This document shows, in pieces, positions 15,526 to 25,524 of a DNA stretch of 32,000 bases; position 1 is the first letter of the stretch; every line of letters begins with the position of its first letter. The notes under the pieces were generated by a model. That model saw nothing but the letters and a program-made list of their open reading frames with translations, ran no database searches and had not been told where the DNA came from. The stretch is from Dickeya dadantii NCPPB 898. GTDB taxonomy: Bacteria; Pseudomonadota; Gammaproteobacteria; Enterobacterales; Enterobacteriaceae. The DNA lies in the NCBI RefSeq assembly GCF_000406145.1, contig NZ_CM001976.1, positions 103,186 to 135,185 of the forward strand, given 5' to 3'. The translations under genes and the position numbers were made by a program.

Positions 15526-18500
15526 ATGAAGATGACGACATTAACAGCCCGCATCCGTCGGTCACTGTCTCTTACCGGGGTGGTGGTCGGCGGCGTGCTG
15601 TCGGCCTCCGCGCTGGCGGCGCAGGCCAATCCGGCGCTACAGGCGCTGTTTGAGCAGGCGGATTACTGGCATCAGCGCTCTCACGACGATCTTGCCCGCG
15701 ACGCGTTGCAGAAAATCCTGCGGGTGGATGCCGACAACCCGCGTGCGCTTTACCTGATGGCGCTGTATGCCCAAAACAGCGGTGACGGCGCCGAAGCGGC
15801 TAAATGGCGCGAACGCCTGAGCAAGGCATCGCCGCAGGACCCGCTGTTGCAGGCGCTGGATAACGCCCGCCAGGCGGCGACCATTCCACAGGCGCAACTG
15901 GCGCTGGCGCGTCAGCAGGCGCGCAGCGGCAATATCAGCGCCGCGCTGCAAACCTGGCGCAATCTGTTCAGCGGCAGCCAGCCGCCCGCCAGCATCGCGG
16001 CGGAATATTATTTGACCATGGCGGGCGACCGCACGCTGTTGCCGCAGGCGATTGACCACCTGCGCGAGTTCGCAGCGGCGCATCCGCAGGACACCAATGC
16101 CGCCGTGGCGCTCGGCAAGGCGCTGACCTATCAGGAGCCGACCCGCCGCGAAGGGGTGCAGATCCTGAGCGGGCTGGCGTCCGGCAGCGCCGATGCCGAT
16201 CAGGCGATGCGGCAGGCGTTGCTGTGGCTGGGGCCGAAAGCGGACGATGCACCGTTCTATCAGCTCTACCAGCAGCGTCACCCGCAGGACACGGCGGTGA
16301 TGGATTATTACCGCAAAAATGTGGGCGGCAGCGAAAAAGACAAAGGGTTTACCGCACTCAACAGCGGCGATCTGTCCAACGCGCAAACCGCGTTCAGCCA
16401 GGTGTTGCAGGCTAACCCGGAAGATGCGGATGCGCTGGCGGGGATGGGCTATGCTGCCCAGAGGCGCGGCGATTTTGCCGCGGCGGCGTCCTATCTGGAG
16501 CGGGCGGCCCGTCAAGGCGGCGAGAACAGCGCGCAGCGCCAGCAGCAGGCGGACGATGCCCGTTTCTACGCCCAACTGGCGAATGCCCAGCAGGCGATGA
16601 AGAGCGGCGATACGGCGCAGGCGCTGACCCTGAGCGAGCCGCTGGCGCAGGCCGGCGGCGACAAGGGGCTGACGGCGAAACTGTTCCGGGCCGATGTGCT
16701 GCGCCGCAGCAATAATTTTCCGCAGGCGGAGCGGTTGTATCGCGATGTCCTGCAAACCGATGCCGATAATCGCAACGCCAAAGAAGGGCTGTATTACGTG
16801 CTGCGCGAGCAAAACCGCGCCGACGAGGCCAATACCCTGTTTGCGGCCTTGCCGGAGAACGTGCGTCGCAGCATGGCGCCGCGCCCGGTCGCTACCAGCG
16901 CACCGGTGCGCAACGAAGCCAAACAGGCGCTGGCGGCGGGCGATACCGTTCGCGCCATCGGTCTGTTGCAGCAGGGTATTCAGCGCTTCCCGAACGATGG
17001 CTGGCTGAAGCTCGATCTGGCGCGGATTTATCAGCAGCAGGGTAATACGGCTGCCGCCACGTCGTTGATGCAGCCGCTGTTCCGCGCCGGCGCCGGTGCG
17101 GATGACCTGTACGCCGCCGCGCTGTTCGCCAGTGAAAATAACGCCTGGCAGCAGGCCAGCACGCTGCTGTCGCGCATTCCGCCGCGCAATCAGAACGAAG
17201 ATACCCGGAGTCTGGCGCGGCGGGTCAATTTCAATTTGCAGATGGCGACCGCTCAAGTGTATTTGTCGCGGGGCGAGAACGCCGCGGCGGCCAATACCTT
17301 GCGGGCGCTGTCGGTCACACCGCCGGACAACCCGGCTGACGCGGGCAAACTGGCCAAGTCGCTGGCGGCGGCGGGCGATACCGCCGCCGCGGTAGCGGTG
17401 GTGCGCAACAACATGCAGCGCGGCGTGCAGGGCAACGCCGGCGATTACGCCGATCAGGTCGGGGTGCTGAATCAGGCCGGGCTGAGCGACGAAGCGCAGT
17501 CGTGGCTAAGCCGCCCGGAACTGGTGGCGCGCAGCAGCGCGACGCAACTGGATGGGCTACGTACCGGTTTCGTGGTGCGCGAGGCCGATCGCCTGCGTGA
17601 GAACCAGCAGTACGCGCAGGCTTACGACAAGCTGGCCCGTGCGTTGCAGCGCGATCCGAAAAATACCGATCTGATGTTCGCCATGGCCCGGTTATACCAG
17701 TCCGGCAAAATGAACAAAGAGGCGGCGGACGTTTACGACTACCTGTTGTCGCACGATACCCCGACGCAGGAAGCGCGCGTCGGCGCCATTAATGTGGCGC
17801 TGGAGCGTCACGACGCTAACAAAGCGCACGCGCTGTCTACGGGCTTACAGGGCGAACAGACACCGGAGCGATTGCTGCTGCTGGCCCGGATTGCGGATGC
17901 CGAAGGCAACCGCGACCAGGCGATGGCCTATCTGAAAACCGCCCGCTCGAAAGCGGTGGGGCTGGAGGGCGCGGCACCTGGCGCCGCGCCCGCGATCGGC
18001 GGACTGGCGATGACGGACAACCCGTTCATCGATCGTTCGACGCCGGCGGCCACCCGCGTCGCCAGCAGTTCTTCCTCCTATGGCAGCGTGATGCCGTGGC
18101 AGCAGCGTAACGGTGTCGCCACTGGCGACACCGCGGTGGCCGGCGCCACCACGCAACAACAGGCTGCCACGCTGACCCAAATCAACGGCATGATGGCAGA
18201 CCTGGAACGGGATACCGGCGGCTGGGTGCAGACCGGAGTGCAGATTCGCGCCCGCGATGGCGAGTCGGGTTTAAGTCGGTTTACCGAGGCGAAAGCACCA
18301 CTGATCTGGTCAAGCGGCTCGTTTGGCAGCTCGCGTATCAATTTCGGAATCACGCCCGTTACCATGAATGCCGGGTCGGTGGATGGCAATGGCCTGAAGA
18401 CTTTTGGCGTCCAGTCGTTATTCCAGTCCGCTAATCCGGAAGCGCAGGCTGCGCTGGGGTTGTCCGGCGCCAATGCAGCCGGGTCGGTTAAGCAGCAGCG

Positions 18501-19344
18501 GATGTCCGGTGCGGAACTGAATCTGGCGCTGCTTGGCAAGAATTATAAAGTTGACCTTGGCAGCACACCGTTGGGTCAGGATCTGAATACGCTGGTGGGT
18601 GGTGTTCAGTGGTCGCCAAAATTGACGGATTTCCTGACGCTGGTAGTGACCGGCGAGCGCCGTGTGGTGGCAGACAGCCTGCTGTCTTACGTAGGCAGCC
18701 GCGACCCGCTGACTGGCAAACGCTGGGGGCAGGTCACCAAGAACGGCGGTAACGTGTTGTTGAGCTATGACAACGGCGATATCGGTTTCTATGGCGGTGG
18801 CGGCCTGTACAGTTATCTTGGCGAAAATGTGAAGAACAATACCGGCGCGATGGCGAATACGGGTGTGTATATTCGCCCAGTCCGCGATAACAACCGTGAG
18901 CTGAAGGTCGGTGTCAACTTGGGCTGGATGAATTTCTCCCAGGATCTAAGCTATTACAGCTACGGACAAGGGGGGTATTTCAGCCCGCAGAATTACGTAT
19001 CAGTATCGTTGCCGGTGGAGTGGAGCCAGAAATACGACGACCTGAATGTCAAGGCCGGCGTGACGGTGGGGTACCAATCCTATTCGCGCGACGGCAGTGT
19101 CTATTTCCCCAATGATCCGAACCTGCAAACGTTGTTGGAAAACGCCGTGGCACGGGGTGAATCAACGGAGTCCCGTTACGCAGGCGACAGTAAGAGCGGC
19201 ATTGGCTATAACGTGCATGTCGGCGCGGATTATCGCGTTACCAAAGACGTGACCGTTGGCGGACAGATGGGCTATGACACCTTTGGCAACTATAACGAAA
19301 CCACGGCCCGGCTCTATTTCCGCTACGGGCTTGGAGGTAAATAA
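15526..19344 (+). CDS. bcsC: Cellulose synthase outer-membrane/TPR subunit BcsC
   Basis: 1272 aa. It has a signal peptide, then a long array of TPR-like helical repeats, then a Gly/Tyr-rich C-terminal ~400 aa typical of a beta-barrel, ending ...RLYFRYGLGGK. It lies directly after bcsB. Confidence 0.94.
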   Translation: MKMTTLTARIRRSLSLTGVVVGGVLSASALAAQANPALQALFEQADYWHQRSHDDLARDALQKILRVDADNPRALYLMALYAQNSGDGAEAAKWRERLSKASPQDPLLQALDNARQAATIPQAQLALARQQARSGNISAALQTWRNLFSGSQPPASIAAEYYLTMAGDRTLLPQAIDHLREFAAAHPQDTNAAVALGKALTYQEPTRREGVQILSGLASGSADADQAMRQALLWLGPKADDAPFYQLYQQRHPQDTAVMDYYRKNVGGSEKDKGFTALNSGDLSNAQTAFSQVLQANPEDADALAGMGYAAQRRGDFAAAASYLERAARQGGENSAQRQQQADDARFYAQLANAQQAMKSGDTAQALTLSEPLAQAGGDKGLTAKLFRADVLRRSNNFPQAERLYRDVLQTDADNRNAKEGLYYVLREQNRADEANTLFAALPENVRRSMAPRPVATSAPVRNEAKQALAAGDTVRAIGLLQQGIQRFPNDGWLKLDLARIYQQQGNTAAATSLMQPLFRAGAGADDLYAAALFASENNAWQQASTLLSRIPPRNQNEDTRSLARRVNFNLQMATAQVYLSRGENAAAANTLRALSVTPPDNPADAGKLAKSLAAAGDTAAAVAVVRNNMQRGVQGNAGDYADQVGVLNQAGLSDEAQSWLSRPELVARSSATQLDGLRTGFVVREADRLRENQQYAQAYDKLARALQRDPKNTDLMFAMARLYQSGKMNKEAADVYDYLLSHDTPTQEARVGAINVALERHDANKAHALSTGLQGEQTPERLLLLARIADAEGNRDQAMAYLKTARSKAVGLEGAAPGAAPAIGGLAMTDNPFIDRSTPAATRVASSSSSYGSVMPWQQRNGVATGDTAVAGATTQQQAATLTQINGMMADLERDTGGWVQTGVQIRARDGESGLSRFTEAKAPLIWSSGSFGSSRINFGITPVTMNAGSVDGNGLKTFGVQSLFQSANPEAQAALGLSGANAAGSVKQQRMSGAELNLALLGKNYKVDLGSTPLGQDLNTLVGGVQWSPKLTDFLTLVVTGERRVVADSLLSYVGSRDPLTGKRWGQVTKNGGNVLLSYDNGDIGFYGGGGLYSYLGENVKNNTGAMANTGVYIRPVRDNNRELKVGVNLGWMNFSQDLSYYSYGQGGYFSPQNYVSVSLPVEWSQKYDDLNVKAGVTVGYQSYSRDGSVYFPNDPNLQTLLENAVARGESTESRYAGDSKSGIGYNVHVGADYRVTKDVTVGGQMGYDTFGNYNETTARLYFRYGLGGK

Positions 19345-19346
19345 GC

Positions 19347-19814
19347 ATGAGTGACCTGCAACAGCATGCACTGAATTATTATCGGCAGCAGCAATTGCCG
19401 TCCGGCTGGGCGGATCTGTTCGGCGTGATCGTCAACGGGATGATGGATAACGCCGGTGAGCGGGAAGGGCTGGCGTTTTTGCGTCACATAGGCGGGCAAC
19501 TGGCCGAACGCTACCCGCTGCCGGCGGCGGTGACGGTGGTGGATCTGGAACGGGAGATTAATCGGGTGCTGTCGCTGTTCCATTGGGGATGCGTGGACCT
19601 GCGCCCGTATGAAAATCGGCTGGAGATTTATCATCTGGCGTTGCCCGCCTCGGTGAACTCGTCGGGCAGCGTCAGATGGCGCATGGCGATGGCGGCGGTG
19701 TTGCAGGGGCTCTACAGCCGCTGGCTGCGTGAGCAGGGCGGCGTCGAGTCTGTACCGCTGTCCTGCGAAGAAACCGACAGCGAATCGACCCTGCTGTTCC
19801 GTTACCAACACTGA
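19347..19814 (+). CDS. bcsD: Cellulose synthase subunit D (BcsD/AcsD)
   Basis: 155 aa. The start is 2 nt after the bcsC stop, with GGAGG upstream. It is collinear with my recollection of Komagataeibacter AcsD (for example VLQGLYSRWLREQ versus VLEGLYGRWVTSQ). The size matches the BcsD family. Confidence 0.85.
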   Translation: MSDLQQHALNYYRQQQLPSGWADLFGVIVNGMMDNAGEREGLAFLRHIGGQLAERYPLPAAVTVVDLEREINRVLSLFHWGCVDLRPYENRLEIYHLALPASVNSSGSVRWRMAMAAVLQGLYSRWLREQGGVESVPLSCEETDSESTLLFRYQH

Positions 19815-19826
19815 GCCGGAGGCATA

Positions 19827-20825
19827 ATGGGAAAGCCAATGTGGCGTTGTTGGGCGTTGATGCTGATGGTGTGGTTCAGTGCGTCGGCTACGGCGGCGAA
19901 CGGCTGGGAAATCTATAAAAGCCGTTTCATGACCACGGACGGGCGCATTCAGGATACCGGCAATAAGAATGTCAGCCACACCGAAGGTCAGGGATTCGCC
20001 ATGCTGATGGCGGTGCATTACGGTGACCGCATCGCGTTCGATAGCCTGTGGAACTGGACGCAAAGCCACCTACAGAACACCACCAGCGGCTTGTTCTACT
20101 GGCGTTACGATCCGTCGGCGGCCAATCCGGTGGTGGATAAGAACAACGCCTCGGATGGCGATGTGCTGATTGCCTGGGCGTTGTTAAAAGCGGGAAATAA
20201 GTGGCAGGACAACCGTTACCTGCAGGCGTCGGACAGCATCCAGAAAGCGATCATCGCCAGCAATATCATTCAGTTTGCGGGCCGCACCGTGATGTTGCCC
20301 GGCGCCTATGGCTTCAACAAGAACAGCTATGTGATCCTTAACCCGTCATATTTCCTGTTCCCGGCCTGGCGCGACTTTGCTAACCGCAGCCATCTTCAGG
20401 TGTGGCGACAACTGATTGACGACAGCCTGTCATTGGTCGGAGAAATGCGTTTCGGTCAGGTTGGATTACCGACGGACTGGGCGGCGCTGAACGCGGATGG
20501 AACGATGGCGCCGGCGACGGCCTGGCCGTCGCGTTTCAGTTACGACGCCATTCGTATCCCGCTGTATCTGTACTGGTATGACGCCAAAACCACGGCGCTG
20601 GTGCCGTTCCAGCTGTACTGGCGTAATTATCCCCGCCTGACGACGCCGGCCTGGGTTGATGTGCTGAGCGCTAACACCGCGACTTACAATATGCAGGGCG
20701 GTTTGCTGGCGGTGCGCGACCTGACGATGGGCAACCTCGACGGGCTCAGCGATCTGCCCGGCGCATCGGAAGATTACTACTCGTCGAGCCTGCGCCTGCT
20801 GGTGATGTTGGCGCGCGGTAAATAA
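19827..20825 (+). CDS. bcsZ: Periplasmic endo-1,4-beta-glucanase BcsZ (glycoside hydrolase family 8)
   Basis: 332 aa with a signal peptide ([19 protein letters not shown]). The GH8 catalytic region is [14 protein letters not shown], followed by [18 protein letters not shown] lies 4 nt before the ATG at 19827 (19839 is an alternative start). Confidence 0.9.
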   Translation: MGKPMWRCWALMLMVWFSASATAANGWEIYKSRFMTTDGRIQDTGNKNVSHTEGQGFAMLMAVHYGDRIAFDSLWNWTQSHLQNTTSGLFYWRYDPSAANPVVDKNNASDGDVLIAWALLKAGNKWQDNRYLQASDSIQKAIIASNIIQFAGRTVMLPGAYGFNKNSYVILNPSYFLFPAWRDFANRSHLQVWRQLIDDSLSLVGEMRFGQVGLPTDWAALNADGTMAPATAWPSRFSYDAIRIPLYLYWYDAKTTALVPFQLYWRNYPRLTTPAWVDVLSANTATYNMQGGLLAVRDLTMGNLDGLSDLPGASEDYYSSSLRLLVMLARGK

Positions 20826-20846
20826 CCTTATTCTTGCGGTACACAT

Positions 20847-20873
20847 GGCGAGGACGATGTCCTTGCCATTTTC
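20847..20873 (+). terminator. Rho-independent terminator of the bcs operon
   Basis: 9-bp stem GGCGAGGAC / GTCCTTGCC (one G-U pair), loop gat, followed by ATTTTCCCC. It starts 22 nt after the bcsZ stop. Confidence 0.55.
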
Positions 20874-20930
20874 CCCACTTTTATCCCTCTGAATGGCGTG
20901 TTTTTCACGCTTTGTTAACCTGCTTGTTAC

Positions 20931-20948
20931 TCGTGATCCCATTCACAA
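20931..20948. promoter_or_regulatory. Possible CRP binding site upstream of dctA
   Basis: tcGTGAtcccatTCACAa matches TGTGA-N6-TCACA at 9 of 10 core positions. It lies ~280 nt upstream of the dctA ATG, so its spacing relative to a promoter is unknown. Confidence 0.3.
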
Positions 20949-21225
20949 AAAATTCTTATGAATCAGCGCAGAATAGAGTAATGGCGCGGTTTGCCGCGAG
21001 GTTGACGCCGCGCTAGTCATGCGTGATGTTACCGATAAATTAATGCAATGTTTTTGGGAAGAATCTGTTGAAGCGATTCAGCTCTTGTTTTTAACCGGAT
21101 GTTCACAAACTAAAGTTATAAAAGTATTCAGCCTGTTATCAGGGTGTTATTTTCCGGCGCAAGCACAGGCGGCAACTTTTCGTTCTTTGTCCCCCGTGTG
21201 TTTTCCCATCAAAGGACGTCACACT

Positions 21226-22512
21226 ATGAAAAAATTAATATTCAAAAGTCTCTACTTTCAGGTACTTGCAGCTATTACCATAGGGATATTGCTGGGGCAC
21301 TTCTACCCGGCGCTGGGGCAGCAGATGCAGCCTCTGGGCGATGGATTCGTGAAATTAATCAAAATGGTGATCGCGCCTGTGATCTTTTGTACCGTCGTCA
21401 CCGGGATCGCCGGGATGGAGAGTATGAAAGCCGTCGGGCGTACCGGTGCCGTCGCGCTGCTCTATTTTGAGGTCGTCAGTACGCTGGCGCTGATCATCGG
21501 TCTGGTGGTGGTGAACGTGCTGCAGCCTGGCGCGGGCATGAACGTGGATCCGGCGGCGCTGAACGTGGCTGCGGTGGCGAACTACGCGACTGAAGCCGGT
21601 AAGCAAGGCGTGGTGCCGTTCCTGATGGATGTGATCCCGTCTAGTGTGATTGGCGCTTTCGCCAGCGGCAACATCCTGCAGGTGCTGCTGTTTGCGGTGA
21701 TGTTCGGTTTCGCGCTGCACCGTCTGGGCGACAAGGGCGTGCTGATTTTCGACGTGATCGAAAGCTTCTCCAAAGTGATTTTCGGCATCATCAACATGAT
21801 CATGCGTCTGGCGCCGCTGGGGGCATTCGGCGCCATGGCCTTCACCATCGGCAAGTATGGCGTGGGCACGCTGGTGCAACTGGGGCAGTTGATTATCTGC
21901 TTCTACATCACCTGTATCCTGTTTGTGGTGCTGGTGCTGGGTTCTATCGCCAGAGCCACCGGTTTCAGCATCTTCAAGTTCATTCGTTACATTCGTGAAG
22001 AACTGTTGATCGTACTGGGGACCTCCTCTTCCGAGTCCGCGCTGCCGCGTATGCTGGAGAAGATGGAAAAACTGGGTTGCAAAAAATCGGTGGTGGGTCT
22101 GGTGATTCCGACCGGCTACTCTTTCAACCTGGACGGCACCTCGATTTACCTGACCATGGCGGCGGTGTTTATCGCTCAGGCGACCAACAGCCACATGGAC
22201 ATCTGGCATCAGATCACCCTGCTGGTGGTGCTGCTGCTGTCGTCCAAAGGGGCGGCGGGCGTGACCGGTAGCGGCTTTATCGTGCTGGCGGCCACCATTT
22301 CCGCCGTAGGGCACTTGCCGCTTGCCGGTCTGGCGCTGATTCTGGGTATCGACCGCTTCATGTCCGAAGCCCGCGCGCTGACTAACCTGGTGGGTAACGG
22401 CGTGGCGACCGTAGTCGTAGCCAAGTGGTGTAAGCAGCTTGATTCCAAACAGATGAACGACGTGTTGTCCGGCCGTAATGACGGCCCGGCGGCGGAATCC
22501 CGCCCGTCCTGA
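21226..22512 (+). CDS. dctA: Aerobic C4-dicarboxylate transporter DctA
   Basis: I chose the internal start at 21226 ([28 protein letters not shown]), with AAAGGA upstream, giving 428 aa. This matches E. coli DctA in length and is near-identical over long stretches (for example [39 protein letters not shown]). Confidence 0.96.
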   Translation: MKKLIFKSLYFQVLAAITIGILLGHFYPALGQQMQPLGDGFVKLIKMVIAPVIFCTVVTGIAGMESMKAVGRTGAVALLYFEVVSTLALIIGLVVVNVLQPGAGMNVDPAALNVAAVANYATEAGKQGVVPFLMDVIPSSVIGAFASGNILQVLLFAVMFGFALHRLGDKGVLIFDVIESFSKVIFGIINMIMRLAPLGAFGAMAFTIGKYGVGTLVQLGQLIICFYITCILFVVLVLGSIARATGFSIFKFIRYIREELLIVLGTSSSESALPRMLEKMEKLGCKKSVVGLVIPTGYSFNLDGTSIYLTMAAVFIAQATNSHMDIWHQITLLVVLLLSSKGAAGVTGSGFIVLAATISAVGHLPLAGLALILGIDRFMSEARALTNLVGNGVATVVVAKWCKQLDSKQMNDVLSGRNDGPAAESRPS

Positions 22513-22540
22513 TAGCTCAACACTGATTATCTCCTGCCGG

Positions 22541-22580
22541 TTACCCACAGTTCGCTTCGCGGACTGTGGGTAATTCTTAT
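22541..22580 (+). terminator. Rho-independent terminator of dctA
   Basis: Perfect 11-bp stem TTACCCACAGT (22541-22551) / ACTGTGGGTAA (22563-22573), followed by TTCTTATCC. Confidence 0.65.
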
Positions 22581-22788
22581 CCATTCTGTGCTAGATTTAG
22601 ACGCCTTTAACTTTTTTACTCTTTATTTCACGTTGTTGAGTGACATAGACGAAAGCACGCTGTCTAACGTGATGGTACACTTCGTTTCTCTTTTTTTGTG
22701 AGGCGAATAACACGTGAGGTGGCAAGATGATGTCGCCCGAATTCACAAAAACATACTGTATTGGTTAGTGATTAAAGTAGGGGTTCAC

Positions 22789-24282
22789 ATGCAGGGCACC
22801 AAATTTGGCCTTTTTGTTGGTGGAGTGTTGCTGGCGACCGCCGTCGGCAACGTGCAGGCTGAAGCACTACAACCCGATCCCGCCTGGCAACAGGGCAAGC
22901 TGGATAACGGCTTTAGCTGGCAGCTTCTTGCAACACCCCAGCGTCCCAGCGACCGAATTGAACTACGGCTGATGATTAATACCGGTTCACTGACGGAAAA
23001 TGCGCAACAGACGGGGTTTTCCCATTTTATTCCACGCCTGGCGTTATTGCCGCGCGACACCTTTTCCGCCGGGCAGTTGCCGTCGCTGTGGCAGCAGTCT
23101 GAGAGCGAAACCCGGCCGTTGCCTCCGGCGACCACCTCGTATGACTTTACCTCTTACAATCTGAGTCTGCCTAATAACCGGCCTGACCTGCTGAAAGATG
23201 CGCTGAGCTGGCTGGCGGACACCGCGGGCCAGTTGCAGATTAATGATAAACGCATCGCGTCGGCGATGAAGATGATTGACCCGGTGGCGACCGCGCCCAC
23301 CAATCCGCAAGACCCGAGCTGGCGTTACCGTCTGAAAGGGTCGTCGCTGTTGTCGTACGCGCCGGGGCAACCGCTCAAGGCGTCGGTGAATGCCGAGCAA
23401 CTAAGCAAATACTACAAAACCTGGTACACCCCGGATGCCATGACGCTGTATGTGGTGGGCAACGTCGACAGTCGCGCCATCGCCGAACAGATCGACAGAG
23501 TGTTCTCGCCGTTGCAGGGCAAACGGGTGACGCCTTCTCCGCTGCCGACGCTGTCCGCGATGCCGTCGACGCCGATCAGCCTGATGGACAGCAGCGTGAA
23601 GCAGGACATTCTGTCGTTGGTGTGGGACATGCCGTGGCAGCCCATCCGCGATTCTCAGGCGCTGGCCCGTTACTGGCATAGCGATTTGGCGCGCGAAGCG
23701 CTGTTCTGGCATATGCAGCAGGTGCTGACCAAAAGCCCGCTGAAAGACACCAATGTGCGCTTTGACTGCAATGTGGTGTATGGCCGAGCCCAGTGCGCCA
23801 TCCATCTGGACAACGTCACCAGCGAATCGGCGCAGGCCGGCGTAACCTTCCTGAGCAAAGAACTGCTGGCGTTGCGGGACAAGGGGCTGTCTCAGGCGGA
23901 GTTTGACGCGCTGATGGCGCGCAAGACGGAAGAACTGAGCAAACTGTTCGCCACCTATGCCCGCGCCAGCACCGACATTCTGATGGATCAGCGCCTGCGG
24001 TCGCAGAAAAACGGGGTAGTGGACATTGCGCCGGAGCAGTATCAGAAACTGCGCCAGAACTACCTGTCGTCCGTCACGCTGGAGATGCTGAATCAGGAAC
24101 TGCATCAGCAGTTGTCTCAGGAAGCGACGCTGGTGATGTTACAGCCGCAGGGCGAGCCGGAAGCCAATATGAAGGCGCTGCGGGAAACCTACATGAGTAT
24201 CATGCAGCCCGATAATGGCGCCGCTGCCGCCGCGCCGGATACCGCCAAAGCATCGCAGGACGAAACCTCGGCGGTGCGTTAA
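22789..24282 (+). CDS. yhjJ: Periplasmic M16-peptidase-like protein YhjJ
   Basis: I chose the internal start at 22789 (MQGTKFGLFVGGVLLATAVGNVQAEALQPDPAWQQGKLDNGF), giving 497 aa. The N-terminal ~80 aa closely match my recollection of E. coli YhjJ. It occupies the conserved position between dctA and kdgK. Confidence 0.88.
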   Translation: MQGTKFGLFVGGVLLATAVGNVQAEALQPDPAWQQGKLDNGFSWQLLATPQRPSDRIELRLMINTGSLTENAQQTGFSHFIPRLALLPRDTFSAGQLPSLWQQSESETRPLPPATTSYDFTSYNLSLPNNRPDLLKDALSWLADTAGQLQINDKRIASAMKMIDPVATAPTNPQDPSWRYRLKGSSLLSYAPGQPLKASVNAEQLSKYYKTWYTPDAMTLYVVGNVDSRAIAEQIDRVFSPLQGKRVTPSPLPTLSAMPSTPISLMDSSVKQDILSLVWDMPWQPIRDSQALARYWHSDLAREALFWHMQQVLTKSPLKDTNVRFDCNVVYGRAQCAIHLDNVTSESAQAGVTFLSKELLALRDKGLSQAEFDALMARKTEELSKLFATYARASTDILMDQRLRSQKNGVVDIAPEQYQKLRQNYLSSVTLEMLNQELHQQLSQEATLVMLQPQGEPEANMKALRETYMSIMQPDNGAAAAAPDTAKASQDETSAVR

Positions 24283-24340
24283 CGCCCGAGCGCCGTGCCT
24301 GTGGAGGCGCGTTGAGACAGCGACGCTGGTCATATCGAAA

Positions 24341-24385
24341 AAAAAACGACCGGTTCAGCATGACAGACTGAACCGGCGTTTTTTA
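24341..24385. terminator. Bidirectional terminator between convergent yhjJ and kdgK
   Basis: 9-bp stem CCGGTTCAG (24350-24358) / CTGAACCGG (24368-24376), flanked by AAAAAAAAA on the left and TTTTTT on the right. Confidence 0.75.
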
Positions 24386-24408
24386 TTGCGTCAGCGGTTT
24401 AACCCCGC

Positions 24409-25341
24409 TCAGGCAGGCATCGCTTCCAGCGGAATAATCGCGCCGCGATACTGGATCACGGTGCTGGCGGTGAGATGACCGCGTTTGGCGGCATCCTGCG
24501 CGCTGCCGCCGTTCAGGCGCACGGACAGGTAACCGGCGCTGAACGAGTCGCCCGCCGCCGTAGTGTCGACGACTTTCTCTTTGGGCAGCTTGATCGCCGG
24601 AACTTCCAGTAGCGCTTCGCCCTGGATAGAAACCAGACAAGCGTCCGCGCCGCGTTTGATCACCACTTCCGTCACCCCGGCGCCATGAGTGCGTTTCAAC
24701 ACCTCGTCCACCGGCAGCTCGCCCCACAGCATATCTTCGTCGTCCAGCGTCAGGAACGCGATATCGGTGCAAGCCAGCATATCGCTGTACGATTGACGGG
24801 TTTCTTCCTTGCTTTGCCACAGTCGCGGGCGGTAGTTATTGTCGAAAATCACCTTGCCGCCGTTGGCGCGGCAGGCGCGCAGCACCGTCAGCAGACGTGC
24901 GCGACTGGCTTGATTCAGGATCGCCAGGCTGATGCCGCTCAGGTAGATGTAATCGAACTGCGCCAGTTGCTGGCTGATGGTGTCGGCATCCGGGCTTTCC
25001 AGCCAGTAACGGGCCGCGGCATCGTTACGCCAGTAGTAAAAGGTGCGCTCGCCGGTGGCGTCGGTTTCGATGAAATACAGGCCCGGTAGTTTGTTGTCCA
25101 GACGCTGGATCAGGTCGGTTTTGACCCCTTCCTTTTGCCAGGAAGCCATCATTTCGCTACTGAAGGAATCGGTACCCAGCGCGGTGACGTAATGTACGTC
25201 GAGCGCGTCCGGTTTTACCTGACGGGAAATGTAGACGGCGGTGTTGAGGGTATCGCCACCAAAACCGCGGTTGAGATCCGCGCCTTTCTGTGACAGTTCA
25301 ATCATGCACTCGCCAATAATCGCAATATTCTTCGTCGTCAT
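24409..25341 (-). CDS. kdgK: 2-dehydro-3-deoxygluconokinase KdgK
   Basis: 310 aa PfkB-family sugar kinase. It is near-identical in long blocks to my recollection of E. coli KdgK (IGECMIELS, GGDTLNTAVYI, NGGKVIFDNNYRPRLW, DTTAAGDSFSAGYL, HLTASTVIQYRGAIIP). Confidence 0.95.
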   Translation of the reverse strand: MTTKNIAIIGECMIELSQKGADLNRGFGGDTLNTAVYISRQVKPDALDVHYVTALGTDSFSSEMMASWQKEGVKTDLIQRLDNKLPGLYFIETDATGERTFYYWRNDAAARYWLESPDADTISQQLAQFDYIYLSGISLAILNQASRARLLTVLRACRANGGKVIFDNNYRPRLWQSKEETRQSYSDMLACTDIAFLTLDDEDMLWGELPVDEVLKRTHGAGVTEVVIKRGADACLVSIQGEALLEVPAIKLPKEKVVDTTAAGDSFSAGYLSVRLNGGSAQDAAKRGHLTASTVIQYRGAIIPLEAMPA

Positions 25342-25424
25342 GACAGCTGACCTGTAAAAAAGAGAAGGTGAACCAAACGGAAACTAGCGCCAGTCTCAAC
25401 ATTACACGGCATGGAGTCAATAGC

Positions 25425-25443
25425 GATGAAACGATGTTTTATT
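25425..25443 (-). promoter_or_regulatory. KdgR-type operator upstream of kdgK
   Basis: The minus strand reads AATAAAACATCGTTTCATC. This fits the remembered KdgR-box pattern AATRAAAYRNYRTTTYATT at 18 of 19 positions (half-sites TAAAAC / GTTTCA). It lies 84-102 nt upstream of the kdgK ATG. kdgK is a classical KdgR regulon member. Confidence 0.55.
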
Positions 25444-25524
25444 TTTTCATGATGTGGATCGGGAAAACCAGTTGTAATCCCGATCCTTAGGGGACTATTG
25501 CCTATTAATACGTTGTGTTTCCGG

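Noticed and set aside
21355-22584. 409-codon minus-strand ORF antisense to dctA, and a 398-codon plus-strand ORF at 25753-26949 antisense to yhjD.
   Set aside because: Same reasoning. The opposite-strand genes are near-identical to known E. coli proteins, and the antisense products are low-complexity basic sequences.
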